Positions 39,266 through 47,998 of a stretch of 64,000 bases of DNA are shown here, piece by piece (position 1 is the first letter of the stretch; every line of letters begins with the position of its first letter). Location of the stretch: positions 320,001-384,000 of the forward strand of contig CAVTHK010000007.1 in assembly GCA_963734495.1 (NCBI GenBank), in the 5' to 3' direction. A program made the position numbers and the translations under genes. Under the pieces are notes generated by a model. It was not told the origin of the DNA, searched no databases, and saw only the letters and a program-made list of their open reading frames with translations. The stretch comes from an uncultured Spirochaetota bacterium (GTDB lineage Bacteria; Spirochaetota; Spirochaetia; SZUA-6; CAVTHK01).

Positions 39266-41704
39266 TCACTTGAGGCTCGCGAGGAACTCCCCCATCGAGC
39301 GCAGGACCATCGCGCTGCTGCCGATCGCGACGGCCGTGGGAGGCAGCGACTCGAGAAACGCGCGCCCGTACGCGCGCTTGACGACGCGCGTGTCGAGGAT
39401 CAGCACCACGCCGCCGTCGCTCGAGCGCCGCATCAGCCTCCCGAAGCCCTGCCGCAGGCGCACCACCGCGTCGGGGAGCGCGAGCTGGGCAAATGCGTTC
39501 CCGCCCCGGCGCTCGAGCGCCTCCATGCGCGCCTTCATCACCGGGTCCGAGGGCACGCGGAACGGCAGCCGGCAGATGACGAGCACCTGAAGCGCCTCGC
39601 CCGGCGTGTCCACGCCCTGCCAGAAGGAATCCGTCGCGAAGAGCACGCTGCTCACGTCGTCCCGGAAACGCCGGAGCAGCCGCGACCGGTCGTCCTGGCC
39701 CTGCCGCAGCGCTTCGATGCCCCGCGCGGCGAGGCGCGGCGCCACGCCCTCGTATACCTGCTCCAGGGCGGCATACGAAGTGAAAAGAACCAGCGCGCTT
39801 CCGCCCGAGATCTCGAGCGCCTCCCCCACCACTTCCACCAGGCCCGCCTCGAATCCCTGGTCGTTGGGGGCGGGCAGGTCCGTCGGAACTCCCAGCAAGA
39901 CGCGCTCTTTATAGGGAAAAGGTGAAGGGAAAACGCCCCTCAGCGCCTCCGCGTCCAGCCCGATCCGCTTCTGCCAGTAGCTGAACTCGCCGCCCACCGT
40001 GAGCGTCGCGGACGTGAACACGATCGTCTCGTAGGGCTGGAAGAGCGCCTCGCGCATCAGCGGGGCGATCTCCAGGGGCGTGAGCGAGAAGCGCACGTAG
40101 CGCTCGCCGCGGCCGCCCCGCGCCAGCTCGATCCAGGCGATCAGCTCGCGCTGCTCCCGGTACTCGGCGAACCGGCCGCAGACGCGGATGATCTCGCGGA
40201 TGCGGCGCGTCACCATGCGCGCCTCGGCGATCGTGAAGTCCTCGGGGTCCGCCGTGTCGATGCTCTCCACGACGCGCTCGACGAGCCCCACCAGGCCGAG
40301 CAGCGCGGTCTCCAGCTCGCGCAGCGGCTCCCACAGCGCCCGCTCGAGCCCGTCCGCCGGCAGGTCGCGCACCAGCAGCGCGCTCTCCGCGGCGAGCAGC
40401 GGCTGAGCGAGGCTGTCGAGGATCTCCGCGCGGTCGAGGGCATCCTGGACGGCCGCGGGTATCTTCGCCGCCGCGTCCCTCAGGTCTCCCTCGGCCAGGC
40501 GCTCGAGCGCGAGCGCCAGCCCCAGCCTGCGGCCCTTGCGGCGGCGGAACAGCCGTCCGCAGTACCGGTGCACCGCGAAGCGGTGGAACGACTCGGAGAA
40601 AAAGGAGGTGGCGCTCTCCTCGATGGCGTGCGCCTCGTCGAACACGATGCGGTGGAAGGGCGGGAGCACCGCGGAGGTGTCGTAGCCCACTCCGGCCAGG
40701 CGCGCGGAGAGGTCGGAGAACAGCAGGTGATGATTGACGAGAAGAAGGCGGGCCGCGGCGGCCTCGCGCCGCACCCGGTGCACGAAACAGCCCTCGCGGA
40801 GGGAGCAGCGCATGCCGTGGCAGAGGTCCGCTTCGGAGCACACGCGCGACCAGACCGACTCGGCGGGGTTGAACAGCAGGTCGCTGCGGCTTCCGCTGGT
40901 GGTCGTCGCCGCCCAATCGGCGATCGCGGCGAGCTCGCGGGATTCGCCGGCGTCCAGGCCTTCTTCTTCATCCAGGGCTTCCCTGAGCCTCTTGGGACAG
41001 ACGTAGTTGCGCCTGCCCTTGACCAGGACCACCGGGACGTCGACGCCTAACAGCTGCTTGACGAGCGGGATGTCCTTGTCCAGCAGCTGCTGCTGCAGGT
41101 TGATGGTCGAGGTGGAGACCACGACGCGCTCGTCGTTGCCCGCCGCCCACTGCAGCGCCGGCAGCAGGTAGGCGAGCGACTTCCCGACTCCGGTGCCGGC
41201 CTCGGCCATGCACGGGGTCGCCTGGTTGAAGGCGCGCGCCACGAGGCGGAGCATCGCGACCTGCGTGGGCCGCGACTCGTACTCGGGGATCACCGCGGCG
41301 AGGCCGCCGCCCGGCTCGAGGACCGCCGCGAGGGAGTCGGCGTCGAGGAGCTGCAGCTCGCGCAGGGCCACGGGCTCCGCGACGACGTACACCTCCTCCA
41401 CTTCGTTGTCGACGATGAAGAAGCCGATCCCCTCCCCGCCGACGCGCGAGGCCACCGCCATGTCGGGCTCGCTCGGCGTGAGCCTTCCGGAGGGGTGGTT
41501 GTGGACGAGGACGTCGCCCTTCTCCAGGTAGGGCCTCAGCGCGGGGACCGAGGTCTCGTTGCCGCGGGCGGCCACGGCCACCGCCGCGACGAGGCCCTGC
41601 TCGTCGAGCCGGCCGACGGCGAACACCTCGTTGCCGCCGGCGTCGCGGATGGCATCCCGGAGCGCGACCGCCGCGAGAGCGGTGATCCGCTGCGAAGCCT
41701 TCAT
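39266..41704 (-). CDS. dinG: DinG/XPD-family helicase with N-terminal JAB (RadC-like) domain
   Basis: HNHPSG..PSEPD; EAGTGVGKS, Fe-S cysteines, DEAH, SATL, QGFGRLMR. Confidence 0.9.
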   Translation of the reverse strand: MKASQRITALAAVALRDAIRDAGGNEVFAVGRLDEQGLVAAVAVAARGNETSVPALRPYLEKGDVLVHNHPSGRLTPSEPDMAVASRVGGEGIGFFIVDNEVEEVYVVAEPVALRELQLLDADSLAAVLEPGGGLAAVIPEYESRPTQVAMLRLVARAFNQATPCMAEAGTGVGKSLAYLLPALQWAAGNDERVVVSTSTINLQQQLLDKDIPLVKQLLGVDVPVVLVKGRRNYVCPKRLREALDEEEGLDAGESRELAAIADWAATTTSGSRSDLLFNPAESVWSRVCSEADLCHGMRCSLREGCFVHRVRREAAAARLLLVNHHLLFSDLSARLAGVGYDTSAVLPPFHRIVFDEAHAIEESATSFFSESFHRFAVHRYCGRLFRRRKGRRLGLALALERLAEGDLRDAAAKIPAAVQDALDRAEILDSLAQPLLAAESALLVRDLPADGLERALWEPLRELETALLGLVGLVERVVESIDTADPEDFTIAEARMVTRRIREIIRVCGRFAEYREQRELIAWIELARGGRGERYVRFSLTPLEIAPLMREALFQPYETIVFTSATLTVGGEFSYWQKRIGLDAEALRGVFPSPFPYKERVLLGVPTDLPAPNDQGFEAGLVEVVGEALEISGGSALVLFTSYAALEQVYEGVAPRLAARGIEALRQGQDDRSRLLRRFRDDVSSVLFATDSFWQGVDTPGEALQVLVICRLPFRVPSDPVMKARMEALERRGGNAFAQLALPDAVVRLRQGFGRLMRRSSDGGVVLILDTRVVKRAYGRAFLESLPPTAVAIGSSAMVLRSMGEFLASLK

Positions 41705-42531
41705 AGCCGGGCGAGGACTCCGAATACGAGATCGGCAAAGCGCGCCGCGACACGTTTTCCCGTCTCGACGACTTCGGCGTGGCTGAGGGGCTGCTCGAGG
41801 ATGCCCGCGGCCATGTTGGTGACGCAGGAGATGCCGAGAACCTCGAGCCCGAGAAACCGCGCGGCGATCACCTCGGGCACGGTCGACATGCCCACGAGGT
41901 CCGCGCCCATGGCCCGCAGCATGCGGATCTCGGCGGGCGTCTCGTAGGTCGGGCCGCTGAAAGCCGCGTACACTCCCTCGGCGAGCCCGCCTCCCGACGC
42001 CGCCTGCGCCGCCTCGCGCAGGCGCCTGCTGTACGGCTCGCTCATGTCGGGGAATCGCGGCCCCAGCCCTTCGGCGAGCGGGCCGATCAGCGGGTTCGTG
42101 CCCATCAAATTGACGTGATCGCGGATCAGCACGAGATCGCCCGGAGAGTACGACGTGTTCACCGCGCCCGACGCATTGGTCACGATGAGCGTACGCGCGC
42201 CGAGACCCGCGGCGGTAAAGACTGGCAGCACGACGTCGTCGATGGAGTGGCCTTCATAGTAGTGGAAACGACCGGCGAGGACCGCGACGGCGAGGCGGCC
42301 TTTCGCCCCGTCGACCGTCCCTATGCGCAGCAGGCCGCGGTGGCCGGCCACGGTGGGCGCCGGGAAGCCGTCGACCTCGGCGTAGGGGACCGTGATCCCC
42401 TCGATGCGGTCGACGAGGTCGCCGAGGCCGGAGCCGAGCACCAGCGCCACTTCAGGGGCCCGCGCGCCCTTTACGCGGCGCTCGACCGATGCGACCGCCT
42501 GTGCGACGCGCGCCCCAAAGCCTGCTTTCAT
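41701..42531 (-). CDS. punA: Purine nucleoside phosphorylase (trimeric type)
   Basis: VLGSGLG, GRFHYYEG, GPTYETPAE, VGMSTVPE, TNMAAG. Confidence 0.95.
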   Translation of the reverse strand: MKAGFGARVAQAVASVERRVKGARAPEVALVLGSGLGDLVDRIEGITVPYAEVDGFPAPTVAGHRGLLRIGTVDGAKGRLAVAVLAGRFHYYEGHSIDDVVLPVFTAAGLGARTLIVTNASGAVNTSYSPGDLVLIRDHVNLMGTNPLIGPLAEGLGPRFPDMSEPYSRRLREAAQAASGGGLAEGVYAAFSGPTYETPAEIRMLRAMGADLVGMSTVPEVIAARFLGLEVLGISCVTNMAAGILEQPLSHAEVVETGKRVAARFADLVFGVLARL

Positions 42532-42653
42532 CGCTCCCCCCGCCCGTCTCCTGACAGTAGTCACGCTGCGGGAGGCGAGTCAACGCCGGCAGAGGTGTGC
42601 CGCCGCGAGACCTGCGGCGCGGCTTCGGGCGCGCGACTCGTCGGACCCGGCGC

Positions 42654-43850
42654 TCAGCCGACCACTTTGCCGAGGATCGCCACGCCTTCGTCGATCTCCT
42701 CTTCGTTGATCACAAGCGGGGGCGCGAGGCGGATGATGTTCGTGCCCGAGCGCAGCACCAGCAGCCCCGCGAGCTGCGCCCGCTCGATGAGAGCGGCCGG
42801 GTCGATGTCGCGCACCTCCAGGCCGCGCAGCAGCCCCTTGCCCTTGACGCGGACCGCCTTCGGCCTGCGGGCCACGAGCTCTTCGAGCCGCCGCGCGAGG
42901 TGCTCGCCCTTGCGCGCGACGCCGGCGATGAACTCGGGGTTCGAGACGATGTCCCAGACCTTGAGCGCCACTGCGGTCGTCACCGGCCCGCCGCCGAACG
43001 TGGTGCCGTGCTCGCCCGCGTGCACCTGCTCGTTGATCCGGGCCGGGATGAGCGTGGCCGACAGCGGGAGCCCCCCTGCGAGCGGCTTGGCGAGCGTGAC
43101 GATGTCCGGCTCGAGGCCGGCTCCGCTGCTCGCGTACAGAGTCCCGGTGCGCGAGAGCCCCGTCTGCACCTCGTCTGCGATCAGAACGACGTCGTGCTTG
43201 CGGCACAGCCGGTTCAGCGCCCGCGCGAACTCGGCCGTCATCGAGTCCAGCCCGCCTTCACCCTGAACGACCTCGCAGATCACCGCTGCAAAGGTGCCGT
43301 CGAGCACCGCCTCGAGCTTCGACACGTCGTTGTAGGGCGCGACTTCCACCCCCGGCATCAGGGGCTTGAAGGGATCCTGGTACTTGGCCGTGGGTGTGCA
43401 GGCCATCGTGCCGTACGTCCGGCCGTGGAAGGCGTTGGTGAAGCAGAGGACCTTGTGGTGCCCCTCGCCCCGGGTGCGCAGCGCGTACAGCCGCGCGTAC
43501 TTGAGGGCCGCCTCGTTCGCCTCGGTGCCGCTGTTGCCGAAATGGACGGCCTGGAACGGGCCGCTCGCCACGAGCCGCTCTCCGAGCTCGAGCGCGGGCT
43601 CGGTGGCGTAGAGATTGGACACGTGGGCGAGGCGCGACATCTGCTCGTACGCCGTCCGCGCGAGGTCCTCGCGCCCGTGTCCGAGGGCGTTCACGGCAAT
43701 GCCCGACGCGAAGTCCAGGTACCTGTTGCCGCTGCGGTCCTCGATCCGCACTCCTTCGCCCTTGACCAGCACGAGCATCCGGCTCGAGTAGTTCTTTGGA
43801 TACGGCACCTGCTCCACGAACGCCTGCTCCGCGATTTCGATCTTGTTCAA
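42654..43850 (-). CDS. argD: Acetylornithine aminotransferase
   Basis: YLDFASGIAVNALGH, NSGTEANE, FHGRT, DEVQTG, AKPLAGG, HGTTFGG; in arg operon. Confidence 0.9.
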   Translation of the reverse strand: MNKIEIAEQAFVEQVPYPKNYSSRMLVLVKGEGVRIEDRSGNRYLDFASGIAVNALGHGREDLARTAYEQMSRLAHVSNLYATEPALELGERLVASGPFQAVHFGNSGTEANEAALKYARLYALRTRGEGHHKVLCFTNAFHGRTYGTMACTPTAKYQDPFKPLMPGVEVAPYNDVSKLEAVLDGTFAAVICEVVQGEGGLDSMTAEFARALNRLCRKHDVVLIADEVQTGLSRTGTLYASSGAGLEPDIVTLAKPLAGGLPLSATLIPARINEQVHAGEHGTTFGGGPVTTAVALKVWDIVSNPEFIAGVARKGEHLARRLEELVARRPKAVRVKGKGLLRGLEVRDIDPAALIERAQLAGLLVLRSGTNIIRLAPPLVINEEEIDEGVAILGKVVG

Positions 43851-43953
43851 TGAGACCCTCCTATGACCTGGCGTCTCGTAGACCCCGAGTCCTCGAGGGG
43901 CTCGCCAGGTCCCAAGTCCCGAGTCCTCGAGGGGCCCCCCTCGCGGGGCCCCG

Positions 43954-44709
43954 TCACTCGCGCACGATCCGGGTTCCGCGCTCGCCGGCGAGCAGCGCCG
44001 CTACGGACCCGCGCCCGGCGTACTCACCGATAATGATGCAATCGACGCCGCCTTCCAAGGCCCCGAGGCACGCCCGCACCTTGGCCACCATCCCGCCGGT
44101 GATGGTGCCCGCCGCGATTTCCGCGACCGCGTCCGCAGGGGCCAGCTTCTCGATCACCCGCCCGCCCTTGAGCACCCCCGGTATGTCGGAAAGGAAGACC
44201 AGGGTGCGCGCGCGCAGAGCCTGCGCCACGGCGAGGGCGGCGGAGTCGGCGTTCACGTTGAGCCCCGTGCCCTCCTCGCTCATCGACGTCGAGCACAGCA
44301 CGGGGAAATACCCGCCCGCGAGCAGCATCGACAAGAGCGCGGGCTCCACGCGGGTCACTTGGCCGGTGCGGCTGCCCTCGGCGATGCTGCGGCCGGTGAA
44401 GAGGCGGCCGTCGGAGCCGCTGAGACCGACGGCGTTGAGGCCCGCCGCCTGGAACAGCCGCACGAGGCGCTTGTTGATCTGGCCGCTCAGCGCCATGTCG
44501 ACGTAGTCCATCTCCTCCGCCGAAGTCTGGCGCACGCCGTCGCGGAACCTGGGCTCGACGCCGAAACGGCGCGCAAGCTGAGAGACCTCGGCCCCGCCGC
44601 CGTGCACGAGAACCCAGCCCGGCTCCCGTCCGAGCTCGGCCCCGAGCTCCCGCACCTGGACCTCGCTCCCCGCGAGCTCACCGCCGATCTTTACGACCCG
44701 CGCCTCCAT
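43954..44709 (-). CDS. argB: Acetylglutamate kinase
   Basis: VKIGG, VHGGG, GLSGSDG, NVNAD, GGMVAKV. Confidence 0.92.
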   Translation of the reverse strand: MEARVVKIGGELAGSEVQVRELGAELGREPGWVLVHGGGAEVSQLARRFGVEPRFRDGVRQTSAEEMDYVDMALSGQINKRLVRLFQAAGLNAVGLSGSDGRLFTGRSIAEGSRTGQVTRVEPALLSMLLAGGYFPVLCSTSMSEEGTGLNVNADSAALAVAQALRARTLVFLSDIPGVLKGGRVIEKLAPADAVAEIAAGTITGGMVAKVRACLGALEGGVDCIIIGEYAGRGSVAALLAGERGTRIVRE

Positions 44710-45200
44710 CAGCCGATCCTTCCCGCGAGCTCCGGCAGCCGGCCGACGATCGCCTTCTTGAGCGTCGCGCGGCTCACGCCTTCGGCCGCCACCATCAGGA
44801 TGGTGTCGTCGCCCGCCACGGTGCCGAGCAGCCCGTCCACAGCGGCGCCGTCGAGCGCCAGCGCCACGCTCGCCGCGTATCCGGGCAGCGTCTTCACGAC
44901 CGCGACGTTCCCCGAGAAGCTCATGCCGAGGAACCCCGTGAGCGCGGACTTGACCGCGTGCTCGGCCAGCCTCGGCTCGGCCGGCAGCGCGTAGACCGAG
45001 CCGCCCCCGACGTCGGGGCCGCGCGCCACGCCCAGTCTCCGCAGGTCGCGCGACAGCGTGGCCTGCGTCACCCGGTACCCTCTGCGCCTGAGCCGGGCCT
45101 CCAGCTCGGCCTGGGTGTGGATGCGCTCCGCGCGCAGCAGGCCGGCGATGACCTCCAGCCTCCGCCCGCGCGCCGGCCTCTCGGCTCTATGCATACTCAT
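44709..45200 (-). CDS. argR: Arginine repressor (start 45200 or 45194)
   Basis: TQAEL, VTQATLSRDL, KTLPG, GTVAGDDT. Confidence 0.95.
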   Translation of the reverse strand: MSMHRAERPARGRRLEVIAGLLRAERIHTQAELEARLRRRGYRVTQATLSRDLRRLGVARGPDVGGGSVYALPAEPRLAEHAVKSALTGFLGMSFSGNVAVVKTLPGYAASVALALDGAAVDGLLGTVAGDDTILMVAAEGVSRATLKKAIVGRLPELAGRIG

Positions 45201-45245
45201 GCGCTTTCTTTGCATGATCATACGTCAGCGCCCGGGGCCTGTCAA
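45188..45245 (-). promoter_or_regulatory. argR promoter with tandem ARG-box-like operators
   Basis: TTGACA-17-TATGAT; TGCATACTCATGCG and TGCATGATCATACG cores 21 bp apart. Confidence 0.7.
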
Positions 45246-45266
45246 GCGCGCCGGCGGGCCGCAGAC

Positions 45267-45296
45267 AAAAAAAGGGGAAAGGAGGACCTTTCCCCT
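45267..45296 (-). terminator. Intrinsic terminator after HU gene
   Basis: GGGGAAAGG-TCCT-CCTTTCCCC followed by T7 on minus strand. Confidence 0.75.
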
Positions 45297-45336
45297 CTCA
45301 GAGCATGAAGTGAGGAATTGCCGGGCCGCGGTCGGG

Positions 45337-45705
45337 CTAGCGGCTGCTGACCCTGGCCTTGGCCGCGGTCTGCTTGAAGGCCCGGTTGAACGTGAACTTC
45401 GGGACCTTGGTCGCAGGCCGCGCCTTGATGGTGATCTCTTCGCCGGTGAGCGGGTTGCGGCCCTTGCGGGCCTTCTGCGCGGGTCGGATGCGGACGTACA
45501 CTTTGCCCATCTTGCCGATGGGCACGCGCACGCCAGCCATCACGCCGGCCTCGACCAGGTCGAAGACGCTCTCGAAGACTTCGCGCATCTTCGCCTTGGG
45601 CAGCTCGTTCGCCGCGGCCAGATAGGACACCATCGCGGACGCGGTGTACTTGGTCGGCTTCTGCGGAGCAGCTTTGGCTTTCTTCTTGGCCACTTGCTTC
45701 GCCAC
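45337..45705 (-). CDS. HU-family DNA-binding protein with basic N-terminal extension
   Basis: ARKGRNPLTGEEITIKA..VPKF. Confidence 0.92.
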   Translation of the reverse strand: MAKQVAKKKAKAAPQKPTKYTASAMVSYLAAANELPKAKMREVFESVFDLVEAGVMAGVRVPIGKMGKVYVRIRPAQKARKGRNPLTGEEITIKARPATKVPKFTFNRAFKQTAAKARVSSR

Positions 45706-45712
45706 GGCGACC

Positions 45713-45853
45713 CTACCTCTTCTTCGCGGCTGCCTTGCGGCGAGCCGGGGCCTTCCTCTTTTTCGCGGCGGCCTTCTTCTTCCTGGCCGGAGCCTTCTTC
45801 TTCGCGGCGGCCTTGCGCCTGGCCGGAGCCTTCTTCTTCGGTGCTTTTGCCAT
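45713..45853 (-). CDS. 46-aa Lys/Ala/Arg-rich histone H1-like microprotein (absent from ORF track)
   Basis: MAKAPKKKAPARRKAAAKKKAPARKKKAAAKKRKAPARRKAAAKKR; purine-rich SD; promoter upstream. Confidence 0.75.
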   Translation of the reverse strand: MAKAPKKKAPARRKAAAKKKAPARKKKAAAKKRKAPARRKAAAKKR

Positions 45854-45893
45854 TGGTCACCCTCTCTCCGTTATTCTATCGGATTTGCCTCGG

Positions 45894-45922
45894 AGTATAA
45901 CCCGACGCTAATGCTGCGTCAA
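45894..45922 (-). promoter_or_regulatory. sigma70 promoter for microprotein-HU operon
   Basis: TTGACG-17-TATACT on minus strand. Confidence 0.75.
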
Positions 45923-45990
45923 GTTTTTTCTCAAAAGGCTCGAAAAAAACGAAGGTCGCGTCCGCGACGGGCGCGGCGGCCTCGCGGCGG

Positions 45991-46374
45991 TCATGTCGAC
46001 TGCGTCTCGTCGCGTCCGCTCGCGGCCGGATCGCGCGCCGCGGCGCACGGCTCGCACAGGTCGTCGTCACTCGCCAGCATTCGCCCGAGGGGCAGCCGCG
46101 TGCTGCAGGCGGCGCAGCGCAGCCGCAGCGGGAGAAAGCGCCGGTGCAGCGCCCACACGAACGCCGCCGCCGAAGCGACGGGCACCAGGAACAGCACGTC
46201 GGGGATGCGCAGGCGCCCGAACAGCCATGCGCACGCGCGCAGCGCGACCAGCACGGCGGCCCATGCGACGACGGCGATGCGCTTGCGATCCGTCGCGCGC
46301 TTGCGCAGCAGCAGCGCCACGACCAGCACCGCGACGATCGGATAGTAGAGATTCCGGTTCAGCAGCTCGACCAC
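45991..46374 (-). CDS. Small membrane protein with C-terminal CxxC..CxxC
   Basis: Three hydrophobic segments, CAAC..CEPC; TTGACC-17-TAGACT 6 nt before GTG. Confidence 0.65.
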   Translation of the reverse strand: MVELLNRNLYYPIVAVLVVALLLRKRATDRKRIAVVAWAAVLVALRACAWLFGRLRIPDVLFLVPVASAAAFVWALHRRFLPLRLRCAACSTRLPLGRMLASDDDLCEPCAAARDPAASGRDETQST

Positions 46375-46461
46375 CGTACGAGTCTAACAACGGCGCAGGT
46401 CACGGTCAACGCGAAGGCTCCCTTGAAGCCCGACCGCGCGCGCGCCTACAATGCTCGTGCG

Positions 46462-47959
46462 ATGAACCGCATCTGTCTCTGCCTGACCGCGCCGACGGTG
46501 CGCGAGGATCTCGAGCTCGTTTCGCGTCACCGCCCCCTGGTGCAGATGGCGGAGCTGCGCGTCGACCTTCTCGCGGCCGAAGAGCGCGCCCATGCGTGGC
46601 GCGTCGCCGTCGGCTGCGATCTTCCGCTGATCCTCACGGTCCGCAGGCAGGCCGATGGCGGCCGCTTCGACGGCCCCGAGCCCGAGCGCATCAAGCTGAT
46701 CCGCGACGTCGCGGACCGCGCCCGCGACCGCGGACGCGCCTTCGCGTTCGTGGACCTCGAGGATGATCTCGCCGTGCCCGACCTCGAGCGCAGCGTCCGC
46801 GCGGCTTCCGGCCGCATCATCCGCTCCCGCCACGACCTGTCCGGCGTCCCGCGCGGGCTCGCCGCGACGATGACGGGCATGAGGCGCCATCACTCCGATC
46901 TGCCCAAAGGCGCGTTCATGGTGCGCGGGAGCGAGGACCTGCTCGCGCTCTTCGAGGCCGGGCGGTCCCTCGACTTCGAGCGGATCCTCGTCGGGATGGG
47001 CGACTACGGTTTCCCGACGCGCATCCTCACCGCGCGCACGGGATCGTACCTGACGTTTGCCACCGCCGCCGAGGCCGGAGTCAAGGCCGCCGCGGGCCAG
47101 AGCGACCCCGCGACGCTCTGCCAGCTCTACCGCTACCCGCGGCTGCGCCGTGACACCGCGGTGTACGGCGTGATCGGCAACCCGGTGATGCACTCGCTCT
47201 CGCCGCACATCCACAACCGCGGGTTCCGCCTCTGCGGCGTCGATGCCGTATACCTGCCGTTCCGGGTCGACAGCGTCCCCGCGTTCCTCCGCCTCGCCGA
47301 TCTGCTGGAGATCCGCGGCGTCTCGGTTACCATCCCTCACAAGCAGGAAGTCATCGATCATACGGCGGCGCGCGAGCCCGCGGTTACGGCGGTCGGCGCC
47401 TGCAACACCCTCGTGCGCGAGGCGGGCGGCTGGCGCGGGATGAACACCGACGTGGCCGGATTCCTCGCGCCGCTCGCGAGCGGAGGCTTCGACGGCGCGG
47501 GCCGGCGGGCGACCGTCATCGGCGCGGGCGGCGCCGCACGCTCCGTCGTCTACGCTCTGCGCGGGCTGGGCATGCCCGTGCTGATCCTCAACCGCACGGT
47601 CGCGAGGGCGGAGGCGCTGGCGCGCGACTTCGGTTGCGAGTGGGGCTCGCTCGCCGAGGCCGACCTGGCCCGCATCGGCGCGTTCGCGGATCTGATCGTG
47701 CAGACGACGAGCTGCGGGAATGACTCCGCACGCCGATGAAGATCCGATCGCCGCCTTCCCCCTGCGCGGGACCGAATGGGTCTACGACCTGGTGTACAGC
47801 CCGCCCGAAACGGCGCTGCTGCGCAGGGCGGCGGCACGCGGCTGTCGCACGATCCGCGGCGGCCGCATGCTGATCGCGCAGGCGCTCGCTCAGTTCCGCG
47901 CCTTCTGCGGCCAGGAGTACCCCGACCCCGAAGGGCTCGAGCAGGAGCTCGGTCTGTAG
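46462..47959 (+). CDS. aroE: Bifunctional type I 3-dehydroquinase / shikimate dehydrogenase (frameshift near 47718)
   Basis: ELRVD, ILTVRR..GG, SRHD; GVIGNPVMHSLSP, VTIPHK, NTD, GAGGAA, DLVYSP. Confidence 0.9.
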
Positions 47960-47998
47960 ATCTCTTGAGGTTGAAGGCGCCCGCGGCGAGTCCTGCCC

